A DNA stretch of 62,313 bases, counting the filler, from Hausera hauseri (lineage: Eukaryota): assembly GCA_046269625.1 (NCBI GenBank). It is 12 parts of 12 records of this genome, joined end to end, with 100 filler letters (N's around TTAATTAATTAA, not from the genome) between each part and the next. Parts side by side here need not be neighbours in the genome. Positions count along the whole stretch, not along the records: positions 1 to 4,438 come from JBJURY010581335.1; positions 4,539 to 10,887 come from JBJURY010109542.1; positions 10,988 to 16,128 come from JBJURY010323606.1; 9 more parts are not named here. The stretch is one strand, 5' to 3'. Position 1 is the stretch's first letter. The number at the start of each line of letters is the position of its first letter. The notes beneath the pieces are model-generated. The model searched no databases. It worked only from the letters and a program-made list of their open reading frames with translations, and was not told the DNA's origin. Shown here piece by piece: positions 1 through 13,396 of this stretch. Made by a program: the position numbers and the translations under genes.

Positions 1-59
1 TAGTGTCCATTATGTAGGTCATATTCTATATTTAGCACTTGTTTATACACATCAACATT

Positions 60-330
60 TGTTTTAATGCATCAAATACACGAACTTGTCATTTTCTTGG
101 TTTTGTTTTAATGCATCAAATGATTTTAAATATCGCGCGCGCCATTTTCGAATAGGTTTTCGACAATGACGAATCGATTGGCAACATCAGATTCTTCGAA
201 TAATGCACACATCATCAAATATTCGAGTTCGAATAGCCAAGTATTCGAGTTCCAATATTCTTTTCGATCATCTAACTTCACATTCCGATTTTACATGTGT
301 GCTTTCCTATCTATGTACGCTATTAGATTT
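60..330 (-). repeat. Non-coding upstream arm of pPolB family A (isolated copy)
   Basis: ttttaatgcatcaaat...cagattcttcgaataatgcac matches the reverse complement of 43260-43370 and shares blocks with 30985-31140 and 55520-55570. Confidence 0.6.
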
Positions 331-1099
331 ATTGATTTCGGCTTCATTGCACTTTAAATTCACATTTAAATGTATTGCAGTGATTTTGTGAAATGGATCA
401 TTTCTTTTAATTCTAAAATGAATACTATCGAATTTTTGCATTTACTCCACAGAAAAACACAATTAACAAATTAAAGTGAAAGAAAGTCAATTTGATATAT
501 TTTCAGAAATTCGTGAATCATGGAGATTTTTTCTTTACAAAAATATATTACATTTTCATTCGACTTGTTTGTATATTTTGTCTTCTACAGGATGATTATA
601 AATTCAAAGTGCAATTGTTCATATTTTAAAATTGTTACTGGGTATCGATTTTATAACCACCCTGTATTGATTGTTCTATTTTTAAATCGTATGTTAAAAT
701 TCTTAATTTTTTTGTTATTCGTTAAACTGATGATTTTCAAATTCAATTTCAAACATAAGCTAACTGATGCCGTGATTAATTCACCACTACAAACGGACCA
801 ACCACATAAAGGCGCAACTGTATTTTTATAAACAAAAATCAAAAATAATTTGAAATCTGGTTTCGAAATTTGAAAAATAATTGCATGATAATCTGAACAT
901 GAAGAACAAATTGTAATTCTTTAAAACATTACTCATAGTTTGTTGAGTAATGAACATTTAACTCATCCTTATGTGTACATGCAATTTTTCTCAACTAAAT
1001 TATCTGTCATAAATAAGCTCAACTTAACCAGAAATATTTAATAAATAAGTTCAATTTGTACAAATTATTGATTTATTCATTTAATGTGATGTTCAACGT

Positions 1100-2291
1100 C
1101 CTTTATTATCTAAACGTTCCAAAAGACGTGATTGCATTGATTTAAACACGTTTTCTGGTCAATCATTGTCAATCATATTCCATGTTCATAAAATAACTGA
1201 ATTTTTTTTTCACTTCATATTGCCTTCTATCTTTGTCAATGTCATGTTACATAATAGAAGAAATATTTTCAACCATGTTAAGGTCTCATGGCTGTCGACC
1301 ATGTCAAAAATGCTTAATATTACGGTCTTCAAACCAGCTTTGATCCATTTAGGCTGTGTCATGGAAGATTAGCATTTGATTTCAAAGTTGAAAACATATG
1401 TAAATGATCCTGTAAGGACAATAGGTCAAATTGAACAAAATAGCATTCTTCAGAAGGAAGAATTATGGTTTGGAGTGTTATTCGAGCAATGCAAAGACAA
1501 AATTATTCATTACGATTTGTTGAATGTTTAGACAATAAAGGGAATTTAACATCATTTGGATAAATTTAACTCATCTACTAAATGTTTTTCGTTGAGTTAC
1601 GCTAATTTATGGCTGATTATTTAGTTGAGAAAAACGGGATATATACATAATAATGAGTTGAATTGTTATTATGTAACAAATTATAAATAATTTTTTAATT
1701 AATTGCAACTTGTACTTCTTGTTTAGTTTATCATAAAATTATTTATCAAATTATGAAGAGGTATTTCATATTTTTTATGATTTTAGTTTATACAAATGCA
1801 GTTGCACATTTTTAATTTCATCGAATTTTTTGCCCTTTTGTAAATTGATAATCAAATTAATTCACCATTCGATAAATTAATATTTTAATTACTTCACACA
1901 CTAATAAATAAATTTGGGAAAACTCAAAGTTTTCATAGTAAAATGAGAAATTTGGTAAAAGTAAAAACTTTATCGTACTTTATTGATAGAATATGAATGG
2001 TGGCTTAATTCACTATCGCATAATTTAAATTTTATTTGTAATGTGAATAATGTGGTTTCGTATGTACTGCGGTATATTTGTTAGTGCTCCTGTGAAATAA
2101 TTACTTACAAAATCATGTAGTAAATTTGTAACCGCATTTTGTTGGTGCACGGAATTGTCGTTTGTTGAATTCCAATGCACCAACAATGTCCCAACATAAT
2201 TTGATAAATCTGTCCTCGTACAATATGTTAAACACAATGAAGTAATATTTTCGCCATTATCTCGATAGGAATACGCAGAAGAAAAATTCAT
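1100..2291 (-). pseudogene. Possible carboxylesterase/cholinesterase-family gene fragments (degenerate)
   Basis: Exon-like pieces LLHDFVSNYFTG...QYIRNH and, after an acceptor near 1411, SFTYVFNF..*..QPKWIKA loosely resemble the C-terminal half of carboxylesterases. Stops are present. Confidence 0.25.
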
Positions 2292-2981
2292 TTATAACGT
2301 AGAAAAATATCTATATTTCAATCAATAAACTTTAACTTTTTATTTTGTATTATCGTGCATTTTAAACAAAATACGCAGCAACAATAAAAATGCGAGATCA
2401 GGCTACTGTCCATGAAACCCCCGGCGGCCGCTCGGTGTCACAATTTATATATATGAATATCAAGTAAAAATGATTTCAGCTGAAATATTTAAAGCAATAA
2501 AAACGGGTGTGCTGAAATTAAAATGTAAAATTAAATGTGCTGAATTATTAAATGTAGTAAAACGGGTATGAGTTAACGGGCTGTTCGAAAGATCTAGCAG
2601 TCACAGTATTATTTAATTCAGATTATAAAATAGGAGTCGCTGTAAATAAAATATTTGATCGAATCCACAAGCGTTAAAACTAAACTATGATTGGAAAAAA
2701 TCCCAAAATCAAAAGGAAAATCAATTAGAGTCGAATTTTCTTTGAATGATCTTAACAAATGAATTGAATGACAATAGTAATAATAATAGGATTTCGAGGA
2801 ACCAAAATATTCAGAGGCAGTGGACGGAACAGAGGGCGTAGAAATAGGCCGGTGGGAAATTTTGACAATTTCATAATCAGGTTTATCGAAACAAAAGAGA
2901 ACGTAAATGTGGAGTAATGAATGTGGAGATTATGACATCAGAGTATACGACAATAATAAATGGAAAAGGTGACGGCACTAC

Positions 2982-4438
2982 AATACCCCCCGTGGCTGAG
3001 TTGGGAACTGGGAAGAAAAGATTGAAACAGAGTTATGAGTACAAACAAAATTGCCTAGTAAGTTTTTGTGCATACGAGTCGTTGTACTCCTTTGTTGTTT
3101 AATTCTTTGCTATAGTTACTGAAATTAATGGATTTGAAACGTACCTTCACTGTAGTTTCTGGACACTGGTAGGGTTTATCAACAGAAAATTTAGTTTTAG
3201 TCTAATTGGGTATTGTTGCTGAAGAGAGTAATACAGAAGGTGGACAGAAAACGACTGTAGGTAGAATATACCTGTTTTCGGCGGTTGTTTTTAGCAGTTG
3301 TAGGATTGAGAATCGGTGTAGAAAAATGTGAAGGTGTAAAAGTCGAGTGTGGATCAGAAATAATGGTAGAAGTAGGGGTAGGTGGCACGGTTAAGATAAA
3401 AGCAGGAATGAAATTGGTAGGGGACAATGTGTGTACAGGGGCAATAGTCTTGGGGAAATGTGTGGTGGCATGGGGAATTGGAGTCGACATGTTGATAGAT
3501 GTGGAGCATGTGGTTGATGTTTCCGTTAGAGAGGTATCGTCGACGTAAAAGGCAGGTTTCACGTTAGTAATATGTACTACGACTTCTTTTTCGTCTTTGA
3601 GGATAACAGCATTATGTGAATGTAATTGCATTAATTTATACGGTCCTAAGTAATGTGGCTGGAAACCGCAAGGTGTTTGGTTTTTAGTCATACAAACTTT
3701 GCTGAGTACAAATCTTCGGGTATATATGATTTGTCATTATGTAAAAGTCTGCAAAATGAGTCTTTCCTGATGGTAATAAAATAATCCTGTGCTGTTTGTA
3801 TCCTCTCGTCTGTAGGGGTCTCCTCTATAGCGGTTAATTCGAGCAAAGAGCGAACAGGTGTTCCAAATAAGGCTTCGGTAGGCGAGCATCCTGTGGAAGT
3901 GGACGGAGTGTTTCGCCAAACGAGCAGGACAAACGGTAAAGTGTTGTCCAATTGGTGTTTGACTGCGCAATGATCCGAAGTGATGTTTTTAAGGTTTGGT
4001 GGAAACGTTCAAATAGGCTATTTGATTGAGGATGATAGGGTGTAGTATGAATATGATTTATGCCTAATCGGTTCACTAGAGCTTTAAACAGGTTGGATTC
4101 GAATTGAGAAACTTGATCCGAGATGATGTAATGAGGGGATCCGAATCTACTAATCCACGTACGAATAAAAGTATCAGCTATCGTGTCAGTATTTGTGTTC
4201 CGTAGTGGAATGGCTTCTGGCCATCGTGAGGCGCGGTCCATCATAGTCAGAATAAATTGGTGGTCGTTATCTATTGGAAGAGGACCGACGATATCAATAT
4301 GTACAGTTTCAAAGCGCGATGTGCATAAAAAATGGTATAATGGAGGTTTGAGGTGTTTTATTGTTTTATATTTCTGACAAGGCACGCACTCTTTAACCCA
4401 TGCTTGCACATCTGAACGCATGGTTGGCCACACTACTT
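2982..4438 (-). mobile_element. Ty3/Gypsy (CsRn1-like) LTR retrotransposon 3' part: integrase, S/T/P-rich tail, PPT and start of 3' LTR; frameshifted
   Basis: WPTMRSDVQAWVKECVPCQ (zinc-binding CxxC), HIDIVGPLP, IISDQ, ERFHQTLK (DDE core), GPYK. PPT GGGGGGTAT is followed by TGTAGTGCC starting at 2982. Confidence 0.93.
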
Positions 4439-4538
4439 NNNNNNNNNNNNNNNNNNNNNNNNNNNNNNNNNNNNNNNNNNNNTTAATTAATTAANNNNNN
4501 NNNNNNNNNNNNNNNNNNNNNNNNNNNNNNNNNNNNNN
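4439..4538. other. Artificial contig linker (44 N + TTAATTAATTAA + 44 N). Identical linkers at 10888, 16129, 20273, 25979, 31733, 37982, 42046, 47340, 52531 and 57537
   Basis: The same 100-bp spacer, which puts stops in all six frames, occurs 11 times. Sequence on either side is unrelated. Confidence 0.99.
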
Positions 4539-6706
4539 GAGGAAGCATCGTGTCGACCTGTAAACGGAACGCGTCTGTCCCTGGGTCTCCGGTGTGAGCA
4601 TGAAGCTGTTTGAAGAAGAAGGGAAATCAGAGAGACCTTTATGCCCGGTGGGGTGGGGACACAACACAAACACGTCCGGAACTTCCTCGTTCATATTTGT
4701 CTTCACATCCACTCAGCTGCACAAATAAAAAGGATTAAGTTTAAAGTAACTCTGGTCAAAAATATATGAATTTTCCTGTTTGGTAGCTAAATCTGCTGCT
4801 TCTGGTGTTATAATGAAATCTACAAACAAATTCCGGAAACTGACATTGGACCTGTCGAATCATAGATTCCATGTCGGATCAAAGTTAATGCTTTCCGAAC
4901 TTCGATTTCTTGTTTACTGATTTATGTTTGTCGGAAATAAGTGTACGGCTCAATTTCTGCGATATGATTAGTTAAACTGATCCTGAATCTGTTTGACCTA
5001 ATTAACTCATATGAGAGGTAGAATTACGAAACTTAAATTATACTTCATCGGGACACAGAATATTGAATAACTTTTAATTTAACTTTAGAATACCTTCTTT
5101 ACTTTTGTGCTATGCTCTATGTTACAACTTATTGAGATGAAAAAACATTAAGACTCTTTTTGAGCAACATTTGGAGTTAAAACGATATCTGTGGATATTT
5201 TAATTTCTGTCTTAAAATTCGAAATAGTTTTATTCAAAAATTAGTGAACGCAAGATTAATGTGTTTAACGGACAGCAAAATAAATATACTACAAATATAT
5301 AGTATATTTTATTTTTTCATAACTTTAGTATGAAAGAATAATCCGTTTTCAATAATATTTATTCATGTAATATTATGGATAAAATGTAATAAATTCAAAG
5401 TGCGAAATGTTTTAGAATTCATGGATTATCATATTGACACGTATATTACAAAATCAACAATACTATATGTTTGTAGTATATTTATTTAGCTATTCGTGAC
5501 ACACATTAATCCTGTGTTCATTAATTATTGAATAAGACAGTAATAATCAGATGATCAAATGTTTTATGAAATGTGTCTTTCTTGTTAACTTTATTATTGA
5601 ATCAATGAGTAGTTCAGTTCCTGCAATTTATGGACTTACCGTAAATCTTCGTTCAGTCAGCTTTGTTAACGACATAGTTCAGCTTCCTGTTTTACAAAAA
5701 GTNNNNNNNNNNCTTGCATTCACTAATTTTTGAATAAGACTGTATCAAATTTAAAATAATTTAAATTTTAAAACATACCAATCTACATATATTACATGAA
5801 ATAAAATGATTAAGAATCGATATCGATAATTTCGTATAAGGTAATTTAACAAATTTTAAAATAGGTTTATATTTGACATTACCTAATTGCTGGCCATGAT
5901 CTATTTTATGAAAGTGAGTCACGCAAGTATAAAAGTTTATGCAAAATAATGAAGTAAAGCTAAGATTATAATCAGAGCTTTCAGATGTTTCGTCATTTTG
6001 CACTTCTTTAATTGTAATTAGCATGCAAGAGGATTTTGAGATATTACAAAATGTTTGCTCTATATTTGATTAATATTTGATTAATTGTTTTTTTTTCATG
6101 TTTTCTCGACCTAGTAGGTATCCGTCTAATATTCGACTTAAAATATGTCGTTATTCATGTGAAAAGTCTAAATTTTTACACAGTCCAAGAAATATCAGAA
6201 ACGAATACATTTACTTTGACAGAATTTGAACGATGCAATAGAAACTGAACGCTAGTCGAATATTGGCTGGAAAAAGAAAATATGAGAATTTGTCTGTCTG
6301 TTAATGGAAATCGAAGAAGCGCGAAATGAAGTAACGTTTCCGACACCCACTAATTTTATTCTGATAGTGCGTTTATTTATTTGCGTGGAAGCAATAAAAT
6401 TAGCAGGGAACAAATTATCTTTAGTTTTGGACGGACAGCCAATTTACTTCGAACTGAGAATTTAAATTTTTTATGTAAACACGAAAATAAGCCTGTGGCG
6501 TTTGTATTGAAGTGATGATGTACATATATGATCATATATAGTGCCTTTTTATTGAAGGAGAGTACCAATATTTTGTTTACAACTGTGAGACTATTGATAA
6601 TGTTTAATTTTTGTTTAAATACGTGAAGTGACACGTGTGCCGAATTTTTCGAAAAAAAGAGTTTCTTGTGTAAATTGTTACTTCCTTACAAGCTATCACG
6701 GCCATT

Positions 6707-9700
6707 GTGTCCTTTAAGTTGTCGGACTCGATTTCTCAATATGTCGGATCTACTGATTTTTCCCAGTGGATTCACAAAGTGGAAATGGTATGCCAATTGC
6801 AGGGAATTGCCTACCGACACAGTTTTATTCCGCTGTTTCTTAGTGGCGGGGCATTCTCAGTCTATCAGATGCTGGCGAAGGCAGCTAAGAACAATTATGA
6901 AAAATTGAAAATGGAAATGATGGGGCGTTTACGCTATCTCCAACCCAGTCCTATTGACAACTTATTCAAAGGAGATTGTATCCGAGGAAATTTGGTTATC
7001 TACTTGTCGGACCTCTGCCATTTATCAGCAATCATAACCGGTAATTCGAGCAATGAAGAGCTCGTCAAGGCCGCTTTTATTTACGGACTTCCGAAAAACC
7101 TGGAAATTGTCTTAAATTCGGACTGTCTTTCGGATAAGAATATCAATGATTTGTTGGAGTTAACTAGATCTATTTTAGAGACCAATAGCGAAACATGTTC
7201 AGTGGCGCAGAATGTGCGAAGTCCAAAACTGTAGAAGGAAGACCTTGAGAAGAATAGAAAAGGCTAATGTTTTCAGTGTGGAAAAAATGGCCATTGGCGA
7301 AGAAACTGCCCGGAACGGAATCAGGAAAACGACATCGGGAAATATCACTTAGTAGCATCGTTAGCGAGTGTTTCCCGCCCAATAATTCGTTTCAACTGCC
7401 AATACTTTATTGTATAATTAATTCTTTAAGAATCCGAGCTCTGAATGACACGGGTAGCTCGTGTACATTTGTTGTCGAAAAATTTATCGGAAACCGAAAT
7501 TGTTACATTGACCCGAAAAACGTGATTATTATGAGTGAGGAAATACTGTACTGCACCAGAGCATGTAATTGCGAAATCACTGTAGGAGATGTGAAGTTAG
7601 AGTTCCCTCGTCAGTAGTTAAATCTTTTCCTGGAGTGGGTGCAGTGTTATGAATGAATTTTGCCACTGCTGTTGGTGGCCTGAATATCAGTCCGAGAGGA
7701 GAAGTATCGTTGGGTAAAGTTTCCGTTGAAATGGCTTTCGCTATTGACATGACTGATGGAATTGTTATAAAAGATGTAGATTTTACAGCCACGTTTAGGT
7801 CTGGCTCGTGGATCGTTAAATGAAATTGGAATACGAAAGACGAACTATATATGCACAGAACCGTAGACAATTACACTATCCATGAGAAGGCCTTACTTGA
7901 TTTTGAAAAAGAAGTCCAAGGGTGGATTGATAAAGGTTTGTTACTTCCTTATAGCGGGGAATGTACAGCATTTTTACCGTTAACGGCGGTGATGCAAGAA
8001 AATAAAGACAAAGTCCGGCTGGTGTTGGATTATCGGAAATTAAATGAGTTTATTTGGCCGCATACGGGGAAAGTATAGCCTGCAATGAAACTTTACGTAA
8101 ATGGAGAAAGATGGGCAATAACGTTCAGATGTTAGATCTTAGAGATGCTTATCTACAAATTCATGTGGACAGTTCGGTGTGGAAACATCAAGTTGTCCAG
8201 TACAAGAGACAGGGTACTGCACAATGCGTTTGGGGTTCTGACTTAACGTTGCACCGGAAATCATGGGAAAAATTGTTAACAGAATTTAACGGACTCACTG
8301 ACTAAGCGAGATGTATTTTATATTTGTTGAAAATTGATTGGCCATTACCCTGTATGTGCATAAGGAAGATTCCGTTTGTGGAAGATGGAAAGATGATGTA
8401 TCAGAGATCTGTAAAGTTTGGTGCGACGCAAGCAGTCTCGCAATCGGCATGTGTATTGAAGTTGGAAACGAAATTGAAGAGGATGCAAGCTGGCTACGAA
8501 AGGAAACAGACGTCGTCATATAAATGTAGCTGAGCTGGAAGCCGTCATAAAAGGAGTTAATGCCGCTGTGAGCTGGGGTTCCAAAACCATTGAAATATGT
8601 TCAGACTCATCGTCAATACGCGCTAGAATCAATTCACTGTTATTGAAAGATAAACGAATTAAAGTAAGAGGGTTATCCGAGACATTGATTAAACGCAGGT
8701 TGGGTTCGTTAATGGAAATAATCGAATCTTACTCGTTATCAATATCGCTACGCTGGACAGCGTCTAGCTTGAATAAATCCAACGTTTTAACGAGTGTTCC
8801 AAATCGCTGGCCCCATAAGCGCGGAAATGAATATGTAGCTCAGGCATATGAAGCAACAGCCCTAAGACTAGATGTTGCTGACGCAAATAGGAAAACGCAT
8901 AACAGGTTTCACAGTGGAACCATAAAAACAAAGTACGTCTTGGACGAGACGCAGCCAAATTTAGATGAAACGATTGACGAGATTCGCCGGGAAATTAAAA
9001 ATTGTCAGAAGTGTCTATCAATCTGATCCGAATCCTATCGTGTGGGAAAAGAGGTGGTTAAACAGTCTACACACGTGAAGTAGATTAGATGTTGACATGA
9101 CGCAATACCGATAAAATCAGTTCCTAACGGTGATAGATTGTGGGCCAAGCAGATTCACTATATGGAAAGATTTGGGCAATGAAGGAGTAAATCTTCTGAT
9201 ATGTCAGCTTGGTAGCATTTTCGGGAAATTCGGTTCTCCAGAGGAGCTATTAGTTGATAATTATTCGAGCTTCAGAACGGATAGATTGTCGGCGATATGT
9301 AATGAATGGAATATCAAGATACACTTCCGCTGCACCATGAAGCTCTCCGGTAATGGGATTGTTGAACGTTGAAATAGGACAGTCAAGCGTATGGCAGCGA
9401 GGGCCGGTAATAGTGTTCTAGACATGGTATTGTGGTACCATGTGACGCCAACAAAAATGGGGATCCACCCTCAACGGTACTTTTCAAGAGAAAATCGAGC
9501 ATCCCAGGAAACAATGGGTCGAATCTGAATCAGAGTGACGTATCCCATAATGACGGTTTCATAATTGGAGATGAAGTTTATGTGAAAGCGGTGCTCATTA
9601 GATGCACAGATATTTGGCCACAAGGGCAGATTACGAGATTAACAAATGAAAGTGACGATTAACGTAGATGGATTCCCCAGATAAGTAAGTCACATCAGAT

Positions 9701-9760
9701 CGACAAGTATTACTCAAAACGATCAGCATCGAATAAATCCAATTGAAGAAAAATAACATG
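6707..9760 (+). mobile_element. Degenerate Ty3/Gypsy LTR retrotransposon (gag-PR-RT-RNaseH-IN), RT internally deleted
   Basis: Gag DFSQWIHKVEMVCQL..PLFLSGGAF; protease ALNDTGSS; RT VRLVLDYRKLN and LDLRDAYLQIHV; RNase H WCDASSLAIG, INVAELEAV, CSDS; integrase IDCGPSRF, LVDN, GNGIVER. Many frameshifts and stops. Confidence 0.92.
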
Positions 9761-10695
9761 GATAGTTTTGTTTACAAGAATTCATCAAATAACCACGTTT
9801 GCAACTACAGAATAATAAATTTAGTCATGAACTATATTAACCAGAGGAACCAGAAAAAAATAAAACAGAACACAGTTTTGGAATTCCGTTAGAATTCCGA
9901 TTTCCCAATTATATTGTGGGAATGAGTATTGGAAAATTTATATAACGTGCACGTGGTATGGTTATCAATACATTAATTTTATCTATATGATTCTTAAGGT
10001 TACCCGGCAACCTTTTATTATTTTCATAAAGTGTACTTGGCCCGACTTAGGTTATGATCCCTCTGGTGTTAAATTTTGTCTCCTTTGTTCTTTCCCTCAA
10101 CATAAATCTCAGAACTTCTAATTTATAGTTTCTCCCACCCTTTACCATTCTCCTGAATCCCATAAGATATGATTCATAAATTCTCTTAAATCCCCCAAAA
10201 CCTTTTACAAATATGAAATTATAAGAAAATACATTTAATTTAATTTTTCAATCATTCTTAACCATTGTTGACGCGGTGCTCCTCCGCGGGGAAATACTTC
10301 CACCATTAAATATTGGTATCCAAACATGCACACTGAATTTGTCACGCATTCCAGCAACATAACCCCGGTTGACACCCAGCATCCCAAGAGAGTGAAAATA
10401 ATCTCAACAATGATATTCAAATAACATCTTAATACCTTTGTCAGAAATCGTAGCAGTTCAGATAAAGATAAGTTCCGGTGGAATTAGATTTTAGTCGTCC
10501 ATTGAATTCTCCGCCGCACGACAACCCCTTCATTTTCGGTAATCTCCGACCTTCTCAAAAAACATAAGAAATGTTGATAATTTAATAGGAGCTTTCGCAG
10601 TGAACGACTAATAACTTTATGGTTGATATTGTTAGTAATGGAGCAGCAAAAATAAATAATAAGTAAATTTTTATTTATTTTAATTTGTTTAAATA

Positions 10696-10887
10696 TTGGA
10701 TGAGGCCAAACGATGGCTGGAAGACATGATCTATGCTAACAAATTTTTTCCACGGCCGTTTGTGGAACTATGTGAATTCCTGTTAACGGAACAAGTCAGA
10801 GTTCTGTGGACGGATTTCAAGGAAAAGAAGGGAAACCAACCGTCGGACGAAGAAGCCATAACATGGTTTAAAGCGACGTTCATGAGG
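10696..10887 (+). mobile_element. Probable retrotransposon Gag (capsid) fragment, cut by the contig end
   Basis: EAKRWLEDM...VELCEFLLTEQVRVLW...ITWFKATF fits the spacing of retrotransposon Gag capsid motifs. Confidence 0.4.
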
Positions 10888-10987
10888 NNNNNNNNNNNNN
10901 NNNNNNNNNNNNNNNNNNNNNNNNNNNNNNNTTAATTAATTAANNNNNNNNNNNNNNNNNNNNNNNNNNNNNNNNNNNNNNNNNNNN

Positions 10988-12790
10988 CTCTAGGAAATTA
11001 ACACGAACCGACAGCCGTTATTCCACATTTGATCGTGAGTTACTCGCCATAGTTTTGCCAGTAAAACACTTCAAACACTTACTTCTTTATCGTTCATTCG
11101 TCATTCAAACTGACCACAAGCCTCTGCTGCACATCATGTCGTTAAAAGAGCCATCACCAAGGCAAGAGTGACATATCATACCTGTCTACGTTCAGTTTTA
11201 CTTTGAAATATATCTCAGGCACGGATAACTTGGTAGCTGACTTTCTATCGAGGTCAGTTGGATCCATTACAGTTGAGCCGATTTTCTCATCTGAAGTCTT
11301 AAAGGCCAATCAACCATTTGCTGATTTCCTCAGTCCTTTCAAATCCTACGAGATCATTGATGGAATAGCTTTTTATACGTCTAATACAGGCAATACAAAG
11401 GTCATCCTAACACCATCTTTACAAAAGCCAGCTTTTGTTCATATGCATTCATTCCATCGTCCAGGTTCAAAAGCAACTTTTCGCCTGCTTCAGCGTCATG
11501 TAGTATGGCCATCAATGCGCAAAGATGTACAGGACTGGGTCAAAGAATGCATAGCCTGTCAGAAATACAAAACCAACAAACGTCTTAAACCACCACTTTA
11601 CCACTTTCTTTGTACATCACGCTTTCATATAGTTCATCTTGATTTAGTTGGTCTTTTACCTGCCGACAACGGATATTAACATATACTTGCTATGATGGAT
11701 CGTGCTTCTCGTTGGCCAGAAGCCGTCCCTCTTCGTTCAACAAACACTGATTCATTAGACGACGCTTTTATTAAAATCTGGATCAGTCGCTTTGATTCCC
11801 CAAGTTATATAATAACGGATAAAGGTCCACTATTTGAGTCTGAGCTTTTCAAATCACTTGCCAAACGCTTGGGGATATCCAATTTTTATACTACTCCATA
11901 TCATCCTCAAGCAAACAGCCTTCTTGAACGGTTCCATCGTACAATGAAAGTATCTTTAAAAATCTTGGGTGACGCTCATCGCAATTGGACGTCCATTTTA
12001 GCTTTTGTTTTATTAGGGTGGCGCAAACACCATCAACCACTACCGGCTGTGCTCCAGCCGAAGCACTGTTCGGGACTCCAATTCGGGCCTTATTTGAGCT
12101 TTCTGATCTCGACGACAAACCTACAGATGAAAACATTCGTACAGCACAATCTCATTTCATCGACGTCGGCTCATATTCATTTTGTCGCCTTTTCAACAAC
12201 AACAAATCCTATATTCCGAAGGATTTATACTCCGCCAAGTTTATCTGGCTAAAGGATCAATTTCCTTCAGGTTTTAGACCTCAATATGGTGGCACGTACA
12301 AACTGCTGAATCTTTCATATTACACAGCTATTGTTTTATGCCAAGATAAACCGTACAACGTCCACATTTTGAATCTCAAGCCTGCTTTCTTCATTGAAGA
12401 CATTGCAGATACCAATTTCACATCTAATTCAAACTCAACTAGCACTTTTACCGACTTTCTAAATGATTTTACATTACCTTATATTACATCATTTCCTTTG
12501 CCTGACATTATCTCCTCACCATCTTCACTATATAACGTCGAACTACCACCAAGCACAAACCAATCATGCAAGGCTCGCAGAGTAACATTCAATACGTACA
12601 GCAGAGAAAAGTCCTTTGATGGAACACAACGCTTGACACGTACTAAAACTAAATAGGAACCACACTTTATTCCTTGTTGCGATTCGCTGTTGTCATTCGT
12701 ATTATCTTCATCATTCTTTTTCCATTACATAGCTTCTCTTTTGCCACGGATGGGTGATGTGGTACCGCGGCCGTGGGGGCGCTCGAGCTT
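10988..12790 (+). mobile_element. Ty3/Gypsy (CsRn1-like) RNaseH-integrase region with PPT and 3' LTR start; degenerate
   Basis: YSTFDRELLA, TDHKPL, GTDNLVADFLSR, HMHSFHRPG..CIACQ, HLDLVGLLP, IITDKG, ERFHRTMK. Purine tract then TGTGGTACC at 12758. Confidence 0.94.
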
Positions 12791-13396
12791 ATCGCCGAAG
12801 TTGCTAATCTTCGATCATTAAATTTCTTTCATTCGTCTCTCAATTCGTATATCAAATCATCATTCAAGTCAAACGTTGCGAACACAATTCGTTCGATTGG
12901 ATATAACATTTGTTTCCTTTTCGTCAATATCCGGCAATTGAAAAGTTTACGTCATCTCACACCTTTTCAATATTCCCTCCTAGCAGTCAGAAGAATACTA
13001 TCATGTAAATGAATTTTGTACATAAATGTTGTTCTACTTTAAGCGAAAATTGCGATTTATCAAATCTACTATATTCTCAGGACAAAATTGCTGATGTCAT
13101 ATTATATTGGAAGGACCAAGTAACAACTGACAACATTGATAAACTGTGAAAGAAGATCAATTAATGGTTAATTACTTCGTATTAAATAGTTTTCATTCAA
13201 TTCAATGTACTCTAGTTTTGATATAACTAAATCAATTGACTGTTTAACTGAATTTTTAATACGTTTTTTTGAATTTTGAAAATACATTAAGAATTTGTTA
13301 TCTTGACTTTGGATTTTTCATTTTACCTGTTCATCTATGTTATATTGAATGGAACTAAGCTGGTGTCAGAATTCTCACAGAATACATAGAGAATGA

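Noticed and set aside
4483-4494. Recurrent TTAATTAATTAA as a biological repeat or att site
   Set aside because: Always centred in 44+44 Ns, so it is an artificial linker.
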